A DNA stretch of 64,000 nucleotides from Paraspadella gotoi (taxonomy: Eukaryota > Animalia > Chaetognatha). The notes under the pieces are model-generated. The model made no database searches. It was given only the letters and a program-made list of their open reading frames with translations, and was not told the origin of the DNA. Location: positions 14,018,770 to 14,082,769 of the forward strand of contig CM119271.1 in NCBI GenBank assembly GCA_051294375.1, written 5' to 3'. Of the stretch, positions 13,301 to 26,888 are shown in pieces (position 1 is the stretch's first letter; every line of letters starts with the position of its first letter). A program made the translations under genes and the position numbers.

Positions 13301-16300
13301 GATATTCTTCGCCATCGTCGCCTTTTCCGTGATCGCGCTCGTCTCTCACGATAAAATCCTCACCGCCCATCGCGCCTTCATGACGGTGCACATTCTGAAC
13401 AGCATCAGAGTATCGCTGTGGTGGTTTCCCGCCAGTTTGGTCCTCAACGTTCACATGTTCGTTTCCGGTCGAAGGATCGACGCGTTTTTGAACGCGGAGG
13501 AGACGAGGGACGACGCCGTCGGTCGCGACGTCAAAGAGGGCGTGGCCGTTAGCGTCAAAGACGCGTCGTTCGCTTGGAAAACGGGAGACGAGCCGTTCAT
13601 GCAAGACTTGAGCTTTGACCTCGAATCCGGGCAAATGTTGGCCATCGTCGGCGACGTCGGCGCAGGGAAATCGGCGATGCTCAAAGCGATTCTCGGAGAA
13701 ATGAGCAAAGCGTCCGGAACCGTTAATCGACTCGAAAAAGTAGCCTACGTCTCGCAACAGCCTTGGATCAAAAACGGAACCGTGAAAGACAACATTCTCT
13801 TCGGCAACGCGATGGAACGAGAGAGATACCACGCCGTCGTCGACGCATGCGCATTGACGCCGGATTTGGAGATTTTTCCGGCCGGAGACGAGACGGAAAT
13901 CGGCGAGAGAGGGATCAATCTTTCCGGCGGACAAAGGCTGAGAGTCTCGTTGGCCCGAGCGATTTATGCGGACATGGATTTGTATCTGTTGGACGACCCA
14001 TTGTCCGCCGTCGACGCTCATGTGGGAAAGCACGTGTTCGAGAGAGTTCTGTCCGCTGAAGGAATGTTGGGCAAGAAGAGTAGGATCATCGCCACCAACG
14101 TTTTGACTTACCTTCCGGCAATGGACGGAATCGTCTGCTTAGAAAACGGGAGGATTTCGGAAAAAGGAAGATTTGACAAATTGAAAAGAAGAAGCGGATC
14201 TTTCGCGTCGTTTTATGACAATTTCACGAAGCAATCGAATTCTGAAATTACAAATACCGATGCGACTGAAAAAATTGGACAAAAAAATCGGGTTAGTGAT
14301 AAAAGTGGCGGGAAACTTAGCTCGATCGAGTCAAGCGAGCAGGGTATGGTGGGCGCGAAAATGTACGTGGCTTACCTGAAAGCTACTGGATGGGCGTTGG
14401 CCGCTTTAGTGATCGCTGCATTCGTTTCTGCACAAGGATTTGAAATGGGCGCTAATTTTATTCTTTCGAATTGGATGGATGATGTGAGGAACTTTACGTC
14501 TATGCCACAGTAAGAATATTTAGTCTTACATTATTTTAATAAGAAATAAATTAATTGAGAAAATGATATAAAAAGAAGACTTAGTTGAATTATCCTTTAA
14601 ACATTAAAATATCTTCATACATATACTTAAAGCTAAATTTTAACACATGCAAAGCATAAAAACATAAAAGAGCATATAAAACAATAAAAAATAAATATTC
14701 TCACCGTGATTTCAAAGTCAGAACACAACAGAGTTGGACTCCATCAATATCCACCACCTTACTCTCTACATCATCGCCGGATTCTGTTTCACACTCTTCA
14801 TCTTATCCGCCCTAATTCTCCTCGTCTTTGGCTCGATCTCCGCCTCGCGACGACTCCACGAGGACATGACCCGCCGCGTATTGGCTTGTCCTTCATCTTT
14901 CTTCGACGTCACGCCTTTGGGTCGTATAGTGAACCGTTTCTCAGTCGACATCGACACGATCGACGTTAAAATCCCCAACGAACTCTACGTCACCTACAAA
15001 GGCTTGTTCTACATCTTCGGTTCGCTCTTGGTCGTCGCCGTCGTGAAGCCCTGGTTTCTCCTTCTCGTTCCCATCCTTGTCGCCTGCTCCTTCGCCATCC
15101 AAAGGGTCTACATACGATCGGCTCGACAGCTTCGTCGACTCGAGTCCGCGTCCAGGTCGCCCATCTTTTCGCTCTTTGGCGAGACGCTGCAGGGTGTGGC
15201 TGTGGTGAGGGCGTTTGGGATGCAGGAATGGTTTAAGGAGAAGCTTCGGTCGCGAGTAGAAGAGAACCTTAAAGTAGGTTTAATTTTTTTTTTTTTAAAT
15301 TATATTTTAAAAAAAGTTTTCTCTTCGGTCAGCAAAGGATATAAATTTTCAGACATATGATATTAAATGAAAAAAAATTTTACAAATAATAGTTTTTTTG
15401 AATTATTCTCTTCAATTATAGGTTTGTTAAAAAATATAATAAAGGCACCTACTTTTTATGAATTTTTTACTAATTTTTTTTTTCAAAATTAGCCAAAATT
15501 GCAAAATAACAATAATTTTCTTATAATTTTTTTACCTTTTTATTTGAGTTGGTAAAAAATCGAGCAAATTTTTTTTCTAAAAAAGTATTCATATCATATT
15601 TACTTAATTTATTCTTAAATTTAGCCATTTCTTTACGCTAAGGGTTAGCTTTAAATACACAATTATTTTCTGTTCAACCTTAAAGAAATATTTTTTAAAA
15701 AAGTAAGTCTATTCCAAGGCGGCCTTCCCGATGTGGACAATCGACGAAGTCTTCGCCTTCGCGCTGGAGAAAGTCGCCGCCTTCATCCTCCTCTTCGCAG
15801 CTTTCTCCACTGTGCTGGAGGAGACGACGACTGTCGGAGAAGCGGGTCTCACCATCACCTACTCCATCGCCGTGGTCACCATCATGATCTCCTCCATGAG
15901 GATGATCTCCAACATCGAGAACAGCTTCGTCGCCGTCGAGAGGGTCAGGGAATACTCGACCTTACCCACGGAAGCCGCTTGGAGGAACGAAATGTCCGAT
16001 AACTTACCAAATCGTTGGCCGGAAAATGGCCGGATAGTCTTCGACGACTACAGCGCGAGATATCGAAACGATTTAAATTTCGTCTTGAAGAATATCGATT
16101 TTCGCATCGGCGCCGGAGAAAAAATCGGCGTCGTGGGCCGAACCGGCGCCGGGAAATCCAGCCTCACTCTGGCGCTGTTCCGGATCATAGAAGCGGCGTC
16201 GGGGGGCGTGGCCATCGATGGAATTCGAACCGAAGATCTCGGTCTTCACGATTTGAGATCGAAAATCTCCATCATTCCGCAAGAACCGGTTATTTTTTCC

Positions 16301-16768
16301 GGAAGTTTGCGAACGAACATCGATCCTTTTGGTCTTCATACCGACAGAGAACTTTGGCGAATCTTGTCCCTCGCGCATTTGAGCGATTTCGTCTCGTCTC
16401 TCCCGGAAGGGCTCGACCACGAGTGCGTCGAGGCGGGGGAGAACCTCTCCGTCGGACAGCGTCAACTCGTTTGTCTCGCGAGGGCGTTGTTGAGGAACTC
16501 CAAGATCCTCGTCCTGGACGAGGCCACCGCCGCCGTCGACTCCAAGACGGACTCGTTGATCCAGAAGACGATTCGATCCGAATTCGCGGAGTCGACGGTG
16601 TTGACGATTGCGCATCGGATCAACACGGTCGTCGACTACGACAGGGTGATGGTGCTGCGGAATGGGAGGGTGGTGGAGTTGGACGATCCCAAGGTTTTGA
16701 TGGAGGACAGGAGTTCCGCCTTTTACGAGTTGATCAGGGACGCGGGCTTGGGAGAAAGTTTCGATTGA
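9930..16768 (+). CDS. ABC transporter subfamily C, long MRP type (ABCC1/MRP1-like). Exons 9930-10880, 11113-11436, 11897-12037, 12469-12684, 13170-14509, 14718-15273, 15719-16768; about 1525 aa
   Basis: All introns are GT-AG with matching phases. TMD0 start (FCGDSPYWDPNVSWN..CF), lasso motif SRLTFLW..PL..G, GEIVNLMSVD, VLKFYAWE. NBD1: GDVGAGKS, LSGGQR, LYLLDD. FFDVTPLGRIVNRFS, RQLRRLES. NBD2: GRTGAGKS, LSVGQR, ILVLDEATAAVD, TIAHR. Confidence 0.96.
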
Positions 16769-17216
16769 TTGAGTAAATGAATGAATCATTAAAATTTAAA
16801 TTAATGAAGAAATAATTATGTAAATTTTAAAAAAAATGAATGAAACAGTTTTTTTAAAAATAATAAATACTAAGTGAATAATTCATTAAATGAAATAATT
16901 AATATGCGAAATACGGTTCCATTAGGATTGTACCCACGAGGGATCGCGCCCAGAAAAGTGCAGGATTTAGCCCATGTAGGATTTCGTCCAATTAGGATTG
17001 GGCCCAAGCTTACATTCAATTATTCAATAACATTCGTATCTGTTCGATCAGTGATGGCCACTTTTGCCGTTTATAGGTAGCATTTGCACTCATGCCACTC
17101 AAACGACAGTAAATTTGTCCTGTTATAAAATTTTATCGTGTCAACTATAGTATAATTATAAATTACAATTTGTATTTATTTATTCAGTGAAAAACCGAGT
17201 CGGGACATTTCGAAAG

Positions 17217-17255
<39 letters not shown>

Positions 17256-17260
<5 letters not shown>

Positions 17261-18153
17261 GGAATTTGACGTCTTTCTTCACATCCTGCTGCGATTGAGG
17301 TTTCACCCGCTTAAACATTTCGTCGTCTTCTTCCGCATGAACGCCGCCCTCGTCGTCCTTAGAGAGAAAAATGATGAGCGGTATTTATTGTAGAGAAAAA
17401 AAAAGACAGACATACGAATCGACGGGAAAAAAGAAAAAAGACAAAGTGAGACAGAGAAAAAGACCGACATACAAATAAACGGAAAGAAAAAAAAAACAAA
17501 GTGAGACAGAGAAAGAGACAGACATACTAATAAACGGAAAGAAAGAAAAAAGACAAAGTGAGACAAAGAGAAAAATATGAAAAAGACAGACAAAAACAAA
17601 GTGAGATTGCCAAAGAGACGCAAAAACAGATACAAAAGACAGACAGAGACGAAGAGATTTTGAGACAGACATGAAAATAAACAAAACAAAAAGACAGACA
17701 AATAGACAGACATATAGACATACCGAGAGAACAAAAAAAGACTGACATACTGACCTCGTCGTCGAAGTGAAAGTATGCCTCGAAAAAGACGTCGTACAAC
17801 CAGAGCAGCCCGACGTAGAAGAGCAGCCCGACGAAGAGGGCCGCCAGTCCGTCGAAAATCGCGATGACGGGCGGGCAAAAGTTGGTGAGACGAGGAACGG
17901 GAATCCACGCGACTATGATGATGATGATGCCGAGTATCGTCGCTATGATTCGATCCAAGATGGCGTAGAGGAAGGCGAAGAAGGCGACGAAGTAACGGAG
18001 GGCCGTTTCGCTTTTTGGGAGGGGAGAGGGTTTGTAGGTAAGAAAGAAAGATCGATGCATGCGTCTTGTTTATTATCCTATAATGGCTATATTGAACAAA
18101 ATAATCAAATGTACTCACATGGCGGTTTCTTGATAGCACAGAGCGACTTTCAT
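17256..18153 (-). CDS. Small orphan membrane protein. Exons (minus) 18153-18119, 18010-17755, 17357-17256; 130 aa
   Basis: The ATG, GTGAG and GTCAG donors, AG acceptors and phases (2,0) are consistent, and the exons are GC-rich like neighbouring genes. MKVALCYQETAIETALRYF..., then hydrophobic segments, then an acidic tail DDEDDEGG...DVKFQ*. Confidence 0.65.
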
Positions 18154-18533
18154 CTTTATAATTTTAAAAAATTTATAAATTTAAAAAAAAAATAATTAAA
18201 CGAAATTTTTTTAAGAGAATTTATAAAAAAAAATTCTTATGGAGAAAGTCTTTTTCCCTAATGTACGATGGTCTTTTGTTAATCATTTATCTCCGCTACG
18301 CGATAGAAGGACATCTTTGTTGAGAATGACGAGTCAGAGAAGAAACAAATGAACAAATTCTTGAAATCGTCGAATTTGTAAAAGCCATTTTCTTTGATTT
18401 AAAATTACGCTGCTTATCCGAGTGATTTATAAATGTCTGAATATCATTTGTTTCGAAGGAAAAAAAACAAAATTTTTTGTATTGTTTGTATATTCTCGTT
18501 GCGTTTGAATAATATTTATATCGAATTCACAGA

Positions 18534-21500
18534 TTACCGACCAAATTTTCTCTCACACCGCCCCCCTCTTTCCTTCCTCTTCCCCTTCGCTTTTCCCCCG
18601 CCCCCACACAACGCCGCCAGCGGCCGCAGCAGAAACAGCATCGCGCCGGAAACGAAGATCGCCCCGCCGGCGACGTAGAACGACGCAGCGTGACTTCCCG
18701 AAGCGTCGGACAGCAGCCCGGCGAACGGCGGTCCGATAACGTTGGCCAGGCCCTGTACGAACATGAGCAGTCCGTACGCGTTGGTCAGTCTGTCTAGAGA
18801 TACGATCTCTACTAAGATGACCGGCGCCAACGAATAGTTGGCGCTGACGAGGAATCCGAAGGCCGAACACAGCGCCACCAGCGGAGCGAACGAAGAGAGA
18901 AAAGGAACGACGGCGACGACGCCTCCGCAGCAGGCGAGCGACGCGGCGTAGAGACGCAGCAGGTCGACGCCTCGGAGATCGCCGAGCCAACCGAAGGCGA
19001 CTTGGCCGAACGTGGAGACGACGCCGATCACGGAGATGAGGAGTGGGGCGCGTTTGGCGGCGACGCCTATTTGTGGGGGGGGTGTGAGGGAGAAGGAGAG
19101 GGAGGAAGAGTAAAGAGAGGAAAGGGGAAGGAGAGGAAGAGAAGGGGGAGAAGAAGAAGCAAAGGAATAATAATAGGAGAGGGAGGAGAAGGGGGGAGAG
19201 AGAGGAAGGAGGAGTGAAAGGGAGGAGGAGGAAGGAGTGACAGGGGAAGGTAGAGGAGCATTACGGCATCACAGCGTTACGGCATCACGGTATTAATTTT
19301 GGAAATCTTTGATTTGGCGTCAATTTCGTTTCTCTCAAAACAAGTTGTACATTTTGAGTTGTTTTGTTTTTTGGTTTGTTTTTTTTGCGTTCGAACGTTT
19401 CGTACTTTTGAGCTATAAGTCACTTTTCGGTCGGTCTGTCGGAAAGAAAAAAGACCCAGGTAAGTAAAAAGAAAAATAATGCGGCGCAACCCCCCTTATG
19501 ATAACCGTTCCTTGTTTTGTTAACGAATATCGTTGTTAACAAAAGTAATTACAGATATAGTAGAGGGTAGGAGCGGATTGAAGAAGGCCAGAAGTGAGGG
19601 GAGGGGAGAGGAGGTAGGGAGGAGCAAGAAAATGATAAGTAATACTTATTAAGTGTACTCATTAAGTATATCTTTATAGTTTTATATGCATATACATTAG
19701 GCCTTAGCAAATTTTATAAAGTTTTTTACAGAATTTAGCACTATACACATATATACATATTACGTAATCCACTATAATTTCGCGGCCGAGACCAATTTAT
19801 CGCCTATTTAATAAATTCTGTCTTTATTTTAAAATCGAAGTAATTATTTTCGACTTAAGTTCAACTCTAGTTAATTTTGTCTCGTTAGTACGTTTATCTT
19901 AAGAGATAATTAGTTTGGCAATTATGAATCAATTTTAACGAAATTTCAGATAAGATTAAAAAAAAGAGTTTTAACGACTGAGTAATTTTTCTGTCTTTAG
20001 CGACGACGGTGGCCCCGAACAAGGCGAAGGCACTTTTCTTTTTTAAATTTAAACGTCTCGGGTTCGAGACGCTTTAAATTAAGGGTACACGTCTCAATAC
20101 CTTTTGAAAAAAAAAAGTGCTTCACTGTTTTTACCGCTTAAGGGGCCGTGTACAGTTTACACGACTCGGAGTATGTTTGTTTAACTTTTAAGAGGCGGAA
20201 GAGAAGTGTGAACGTGAGCGGCGAAAGCTTTAAAATCTGATCTCCTTTTATCGCGAGAATAAATAAGATCAAAGTTATTTTCCTTTTTTTATCTTTTTTT
20301 GCTCTTAAACTTAAAGGAAGAAGAAAATCGAGAGAACTAAAGTAGGAAAAAGAATTAGGGAAAGATAAGAAGAAGGATAAGAAGGGAGAGATTAGGAAAA
20401 TGGAATAAGAAATATTAAGAAGTAGGAAATATTGAATAATAGAATGAAAAATCCGAAGAAAAAAAAGCTTAGATTTTTGAAGAAAAAAAAAAGGCAGAAT
20501 ATAATTAAGAATTGAGAATAAGAGAAAAGTAAAGTTAAAGTGAGATATTTAAAAGAAAGATAAAGAGAAAAAAGAAACGATATAACTTTCTAATATTTAA
20601 AGGGTAAGAATTAAAGTAAGAATCAGATCCGAAATACTGTGGGAGTTGCTTGCTTGGGTTATGTCAGTTATGCTTGCTACGTTATTATCTAGTCAGAGGG
20701 ACCAAAGCCTCAACCCACAATTGGCAACCAGACTGTCCAAATTCCGGAGTCAGGATGTAAGATGGTTTATTTATTGAATGCAAGGATAAATTCCGTGTTG
20801 GTTGTAATAAGAAATTAGAAGAGAATATAACTCAAAAAGAGAGATGAGCGGAAAAAGTAAAAGCAATAAATGGGAAATTGGAACAGAGAAGAATAGAATA
20901 TGTATTAAATAAATGAATGTGGGGGGGGGAAAGAAACTGAGAATTGGGGAAGACAGACGAATCTTAAAAGAAAGGGGATCCGGGAATTATCGATGCGGGG
21001 CGATCGATTCGTCGCCCGGAAAATTAACTTTTCCGTCACGTGAGCGATTTTTTTGGTCACGTGACTTGGATCGAAGGATCGAAGCGAAAATCAGAAGAGA
21101 AAGAAAGAAAAATGTTGATTTTAACGAGAATCGAGTGGAAACTAATCGAAGGCAAGGTTCGTTTTTAAGGGTCGTTGTTGTCGTCGTTATTGTCATCCAT
21201 TATTGTCATCCATTACTGTCATCTATTATTATCATCCAAATTTAAAGAAGGGGAAATATAGTGTAGAGGACAAAAGAAAAAAAAATAAGAAAAATGAAAA
21301 TAAGAAAAAAAGGAATAAATAAAGTAAAATAAAAACGAAATATAAACAAAATAGCATTCGACAAGAACGCGAATTAATAACTTATCACAAAATTAAAACC
21401 TCACGAAATCAAAACAATTGTGGATGCAATAAAGGATTAGCCACACAATACAAATTGGACCGAAGCAAAATCAAAACATCACGAAATCAAAACAATACAA

Positions 21501-24500
21501 ATTGAAACGAATCCAAAATTAAAACGTCACTAGATCGAAACAAGTCAAAACCAGACAAAACAAAACAAGACAAAAGCCCCGAAGCTAACACTTCACAGTG
21601 GGAGATCCTCACAACAACTTGACCGCCCAACCTGACCACCAAACCACGCCCCTCTCCAAGTGTCTCACCCAACTCGTCCACCGCGAACTCCGGAACGTAA
21701 TAATAAGGAATATCGTAGGCAGCGTAAAGAAGAAAGTTGCTCGCGGAAAACCAGACGAATCCGAAGCAGACGAAAAGAGAAACGTCGAGAATTTCCGCCA
21801 GGAGGCGACGAGAGGCGCCGGTGCCACCGGCGCCGCGGAAAGCCGCGACGACGCGTCGTCGCAGGCGCGAAATGACGCCGGGTCGACGACGGGCGTCGAG
21901 AGACGGCGTCGGTGAAAGGTCGACGGTGGCGGCGCCGAATGGAACCGCGGACGAACTGGTGGAAATTAATCTTCCTCTCAACAAGGAACCGCGATAAAAA
22001 TTGTCTCTTCGAAACTCGCGGCGCCATTCGTTCGTGTGCGCGCGACGCCGGAATCCGTCGGCGCCGCCTCTCCCTCGCCGGCGTCGCGAACGAGCTCTTC
22101 GAGACGATTCCACGCAGGGCGACGCCGCTCTGTCTCCCTGAAGCAACTCCTCCGCCTCGCCCATCGAAAACGCGCGCCGGCGCTCTTCCTCGGCGTCGAT
22201 AGCGCGCTGGCGCTCCGCCAACGCCATTCGCTGGCAGAAACGACGCCAGATTCGGTCCGATCGGTCAACGGCGTCGGCGGCGCCTTTGGATGACGCCGGT
22301 TCGGTTTCGAGAACGTCGCGAAGGAGCGCCTCGTCGAAGACGCCTCGAGTCGAACGGAAATAGGATGGAACGTCGCTCGCCGACGCCGTCGTTACAGACT
22401 CAGTTCCAATTGACGCCGGCGTTCCTAACGACGCCGTCTCTGCTTCGTACCGATCTTCGGAAGAAGAGCGCCGCGGATGGATTAAGTCTTCGGGCGGCGC
22501 CAAAAACAGTCGCGTCGGAGAATCGGATGGAATCCGGCGTCGTTTGGAAGAAGATTCCATCTCGGCGTCGTTCGACGCCGCCTCGACGAAGATGACGACT
22601 TCCTCGGCGCCTTTGGACGACGCGGATTCAGACGACGACGCCGATAACCCCTCGAACCCTTCGGCGCCCTCGTTGGGTCTAAATACGGCGCCGCAAACGA
22701 AGGTCTGCGCGACGACGCCGGCGATGATCAAAAAGGTGCCGCGCCAACCGAATTCGGCGATGAGCGCCTCGCAGGCCGGCGCGAAGATCATCGTGCCGAC
22801 GCCGGTGCCGGAAACGGCGATGCCGGTCGCCAGCGCCCTCTTCTTTTCAAAGTAGAAGGCGACGACGATGATGGCGGACATGTAGATGAGGGAGAAGCCG
22901 AGGCCGGAGACGAGACCGAGGGAGAGGACGAGGAAGTCGAGAGAGGTGGCGAAGTAGGAGGCGGTGTAGCCTGGGAGAAGAAGGGGGGAGGGAGAGGCGG
23001 GGGGGACAGGAGAAGAGGGATGAGGAGAAGAGAGAGAGGAAAGAAGTTTTGTGTTCGTAAATGTCCTCTTGTTACAAAAAAGAACTATTAAAACAAGTAA
23101 GCCGTCAATCCCTTGGTCAGCTTCTGTAAGTTATTAGTTATCCTTAGGCTAAAGTTAGGTCTGTGATTGGTCAGCTGTTTGATGGTCCGAAACGAGAATG
23201 ACCAATCGTATCACAAGTCCGTCTGAAGGCTAAAGTTAGGTCCGTGATTGGTCAGATGTTTGATGGTCCGAAACGGGAATGACCAATCGCATCAAATGTT
23301 CGTCTGAGGACTAAAGTTAGGTCCATGATTGGTCAGCTGTTTGATGGTCCGAAACGAGAATGACCAATTGCATCACAAGTCCGTCTGAAGGCTAAAGTTA
23401 GGTCCGTGATTGGTCAGCTGTTTGATGGTCCGAAACGAGAATGACCAATCGTATCACAAGTCCGTCTGAGGACTAAAGTTAGGTCCGTGATTGGTCAGCT
23501 GTTTGATGGTCCGTAACGGGAATGACCAATCGCATCAAATGTTCGTCTGAAGGCTATAGTTAGGTCCGTGATTGGTCAGCTGTTTGATGGTCCAAAATTG
23601 GAACGACCAATCGCATTACAAGTCCGTCTGTAGGTTCATTCCATTCCATTGCAGTTACATCAAGAACCTCCATTCCGGACTCTTCCCTTACCCCGAACCA
23701 ACCTCCACATTCCGACCTACCCGCCAACCCGCTCGTCCTCACCCGCCATGGCCAATCCGGTCCCCACCATCGTCGCCCATCTGCAGCCGTACTTGTTGGT
23801 GACGACGGAGGCCACTGGTCCGGCCATGAGAGGCACGCCCGCGAAGATGGAACCGACGAGCCGAAGTCTTGGCGTCGGACTCGTCGAAGGCGTCACAGCA
23901 GGTGGCGCAGGCGGTTCAGAGAGAGTGTCCCGGAAGTGTAATTGTTGTCGAAATAATTTTTTTTATGAATATATCATCACAGATGAATGAAACCCGGAAA
24001 AAATATTATTTGAGATCCCAAATAATGAAAAAAAATATATTGTTAGAGATCCAAAATTTTTTCCATAAATTATAAACTTAATAAGCTTTAAAATGTAATC
24101 ATAACCTAATGTATAAATGAATCTTCGGAATTTTTGTGTATTTATAATCATTTGAAATAAAATATTTTTTCAAATATATCATTTTTTTTTTTAAATATAT
24201 TGATAACTTAGTTACTGGGGGTACATGGCCTCACGTTAGATTTTTTTTTTTGGAAGTAAATTGAGAGATGTACTAAAAAATGCATGTTGGACCTCAAGTC
24301 CAACCATCGACCAATTTGCCCAGAATCAGTCCCCCCAAACCTTTAAGGTCATGTAGAAGATGCCGAAGCTGAAGGCGCACCCGTCGGCGACGCAATGAGC
24401 GACGAAAGAGGCGGCGACGACCGCCCATCCCCACCCACCATCGAGTGATGGAGGTGGGCGAGGAGAGGGAGAAGACGAGGAGGAAGATGGAGAGGGAGTG

Positions 24501-24688
24501 GGGGGAGAGGGAGAGGAAGATGGACAAGGAGCGGGGGAGGATGAGGTTCCATTGGAAATAGGGATGACGTCGACGGAGGGTTGCGAGGTTGAAGGGTGGG
24601 CATGAGCGACGGGATCACCGGCGTCGACGAGAGAGTTGGGAAGATTGTTCATTCTCTCCTCCACGACTTTGTGGCCGACGTTCGTCAT
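18534..24688 (-). CDS. Monocarboxylate transporter family (SLC16/MCT, MFS). Exons (minus) 24688-24341, about 23894-23743, 22970-21669, 19066-18534; about 777 aa after correcting one frameshift
   Basis: MCT motifs DGGWGWAVV, NKYGCR and YFEKKRALATGIAVSG; long central loop; C-terminal half with GWLGD, AYGLLMFVQG and GPPFAGLL. Exon 2 has a +1 frameshift and lacks an AG acceptor. Confidence 0.9.
19380..19516 (+). mobile_element. Short internally deleted HINE/Helentron-associated element
   Basis: TATAAGTCACTTTTCGGTCGGTCTGTC followed by GCGGCGCAAC...ACCGTTCCTTGTT. Both motifs are shared with the fuller copies. Confidence 0.5.
23146..23632. repeat. Six tandem 81-bp units inside MCT intron 2, each with an internal inverted repeat
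   Basis: GATTGG recurs at 23165, 23246, 23327, 23408, 23489 and 23570. Each unit has GATTGGTCA...(T)GACCAAT. Confidence 0.95.
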
Positions 24689-25002
24689 TTTTTTGGCGCG
24701 AAGAAAGAGAGAAGTTGAAACGTCCTTCAACCGAAGATTGGCAGCAACTTTTTTCGATCGCTCACGGTCGTTCCTGATTGCGGAGCGTCTTTCATTTCGC
24801 GCTGAAGCTTCCGAGATCCCGTAGCGTTAGCGCGTAACTCCCGAGTCTTAGACGCCAGAATCGTTCGAAGTCTCTCGTTCTTCATTACGTCTTTTGATCC
24901 GTGGCTCACCAGTTTTGGATCCGACTTTGTTTATTTTTTGAGATAAAGGAATCGAGTTGTTTTCGGTTTTTGAATGAGACATGTAATGATCGAAATCGTT
25001 TA

Positions 25003-25353
25003 AACAAGAACGGTGATTCCAATGTGTTGCGCCGCGGTGATTTTTTTTTACTCTGATCGCGTTATATGACATGACAATGACATGACATGAATAAAAAAAC
25101 TTTCTTTGCCCTATGTATTTATGACATGCACTGCATCGAAATTTGCGTCTTTTTATTCCTTAGAGTTTTTAGGAATTTCCTCAAGAGGCGCAAGCTAGAT
25201 TTAAGGTTTTTTCCTGTCTTAACAAATGAGCAACCAACTATAGGCAAATTATATGCATTTTTAACGTCAGTGGGACAGACCGATGGACAGACCGACAGAC
25301 CGACCGAAAAGTCACTTATATTGATCCGTTAGTACTCGCGGCGCTACTAAAAA
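25003..25353 (-). mobile_element. HINE/DINE-1-like non-autonomous Helentron, short-microsatellite copy
   Basis: The reverse complement matches both ends of 28694-29446 (TTTTAGTAGCGCCGCG...; ...GCGGCGCAACACATTGGAATCACCGTTCTTGTT) with a short GTCN tract. Confidence 0.75.
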
Positions 25354-25786
25354 CGGGGTAAGGTAAAAAGCAAAACAATGGTAGGTAAGAAAATAACGGA
25401 AAACGCTAAACAATCAATAGTAAGAAGGTAAGGTCGGGTAAGGGTTAGTAACCTGATCGCAGTGGTGAAAATCTATCAATTGTGAAACTATCAATCAGGA
25501 TGCCTCTTGGTGATTGGTCACCAAATAACTTCCCTACAAAAAATAACTATAATAAATAAATTTCCGTAAAATTCTCCAAGTTTCTTTGTAATGTGTATTT
25601 TGGCTGAAAATTGAATCGAGCCATCGAATGTTTTTAAAAAAATGTTTGAATGAATATTATTCAGGAAAAAAAACGTAACAAAAATATAAACAAACTGTAC
25701 TTAAGTTGAATGGTTAAGAATGATTTTGTTTCCTTTGATTATATAATACGGCTTGTTGCATTTAATTTTTGTACATAAAATTTTAA

Positions 25787-25821
<35 letters not shown>

Positions 25822-26639
25822 CAAACTTTCCTTTTTAAGTTTAGTAAAGTATGATTGTTATTCTTTTACGTCATATGTATCTCGTTAAATTTAATTTTGT
25901 CAATAAAATTGAGCGTATCTTAGGATATTAAATCCAAAATTCTCCCAATAAAAATAATCTCAAAGATTTGGGGGCAACAAGTACAAGGACATGTAGTTTG
26001 AAAGTTTTTTATTTTCCTTTGTCGAATTAAATTGCGAAAAATTGTTGTTTTTTTCTCGTTATCCTCGTCGTTGTCGTCGTCGTCGTCGTCGTCGTCGACG
26101 TTTTTCGCCTGAAATTCCGATGCGGAAACATAATATAAAAAGGAAAAAAACCGAAAACTCAATTTTTTTTTAAAGTTTAGGAAATTCCATTAATTATTTA
26201 ATTTTTTTGTCGTTTCCGCATCCGGGTTTTAAGAAAAACATAAACAACTGTTGATGTATCCATTCGTTCGTCTGTCCGTCTGTCCGTCTGTCTGTCGATC
26301 AATATTGACGTTTTTTGTCGTTTCTGGGTATAACCGCGGATTCAAAGTAAAATTATCACAGTACATTTTTTTTAATTTAAATCTCATTTGCGAAAGTTAT
26401 TGAAAACTGCAACTTATACATTATCATCTCTANNNNNNNNNNNNNNNNNNNNNNNNNTGGTTCTTTTTTTCTTAATTTTGATTTATTTTCTTTTTCTTTT
26501 AAATCTAGAATAAAAAAAAAATCGAAGCGATAAGAGAGGTGAGACGAAGACGAAGGTGAAACGCGAGTGAATGAGTGAACAAATTGTGAATGAAGTGCGA
26601 AACGAAATTAAGGAAAAATGTTCCGGCGCGGATAAGACA

Positions 26640-26680
<41 letters not shown>

Positions 26681-26856
26681 TTGGCAGGTTTCTTTTATTT
26701 TTTATTTTCCTACCGGTAAGGAGAAAGATATATACTTTTGAGCGAGAAGGATTTTAAAATCATTCGTACTTTGTTGTGAAAACGTAATTAATTAATTAAA
26801 TAAATTAGCCGTAAACAACCACGATTCTTGGAATATTTCAAACTCTTTCACCGGCA

Positions 26857-26888
<32 letters not shown>

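Noticed and set aside
10019-16789. Long alternative-frame and antisense ORFs over MRP exons (likewise over MCT exons)
   Set aside because: Expected shadow ORFs of GC-rich coding sequence.
23146-23632. Possible CRISPR array or tandem hammerhead retrozyme
   Set aside because: Whole 81-bp units repeat with no unique spacers, the context is a eukaryotic intron with no cas genes, and the CTGANGA and GAAA elements do not flank a stem II.
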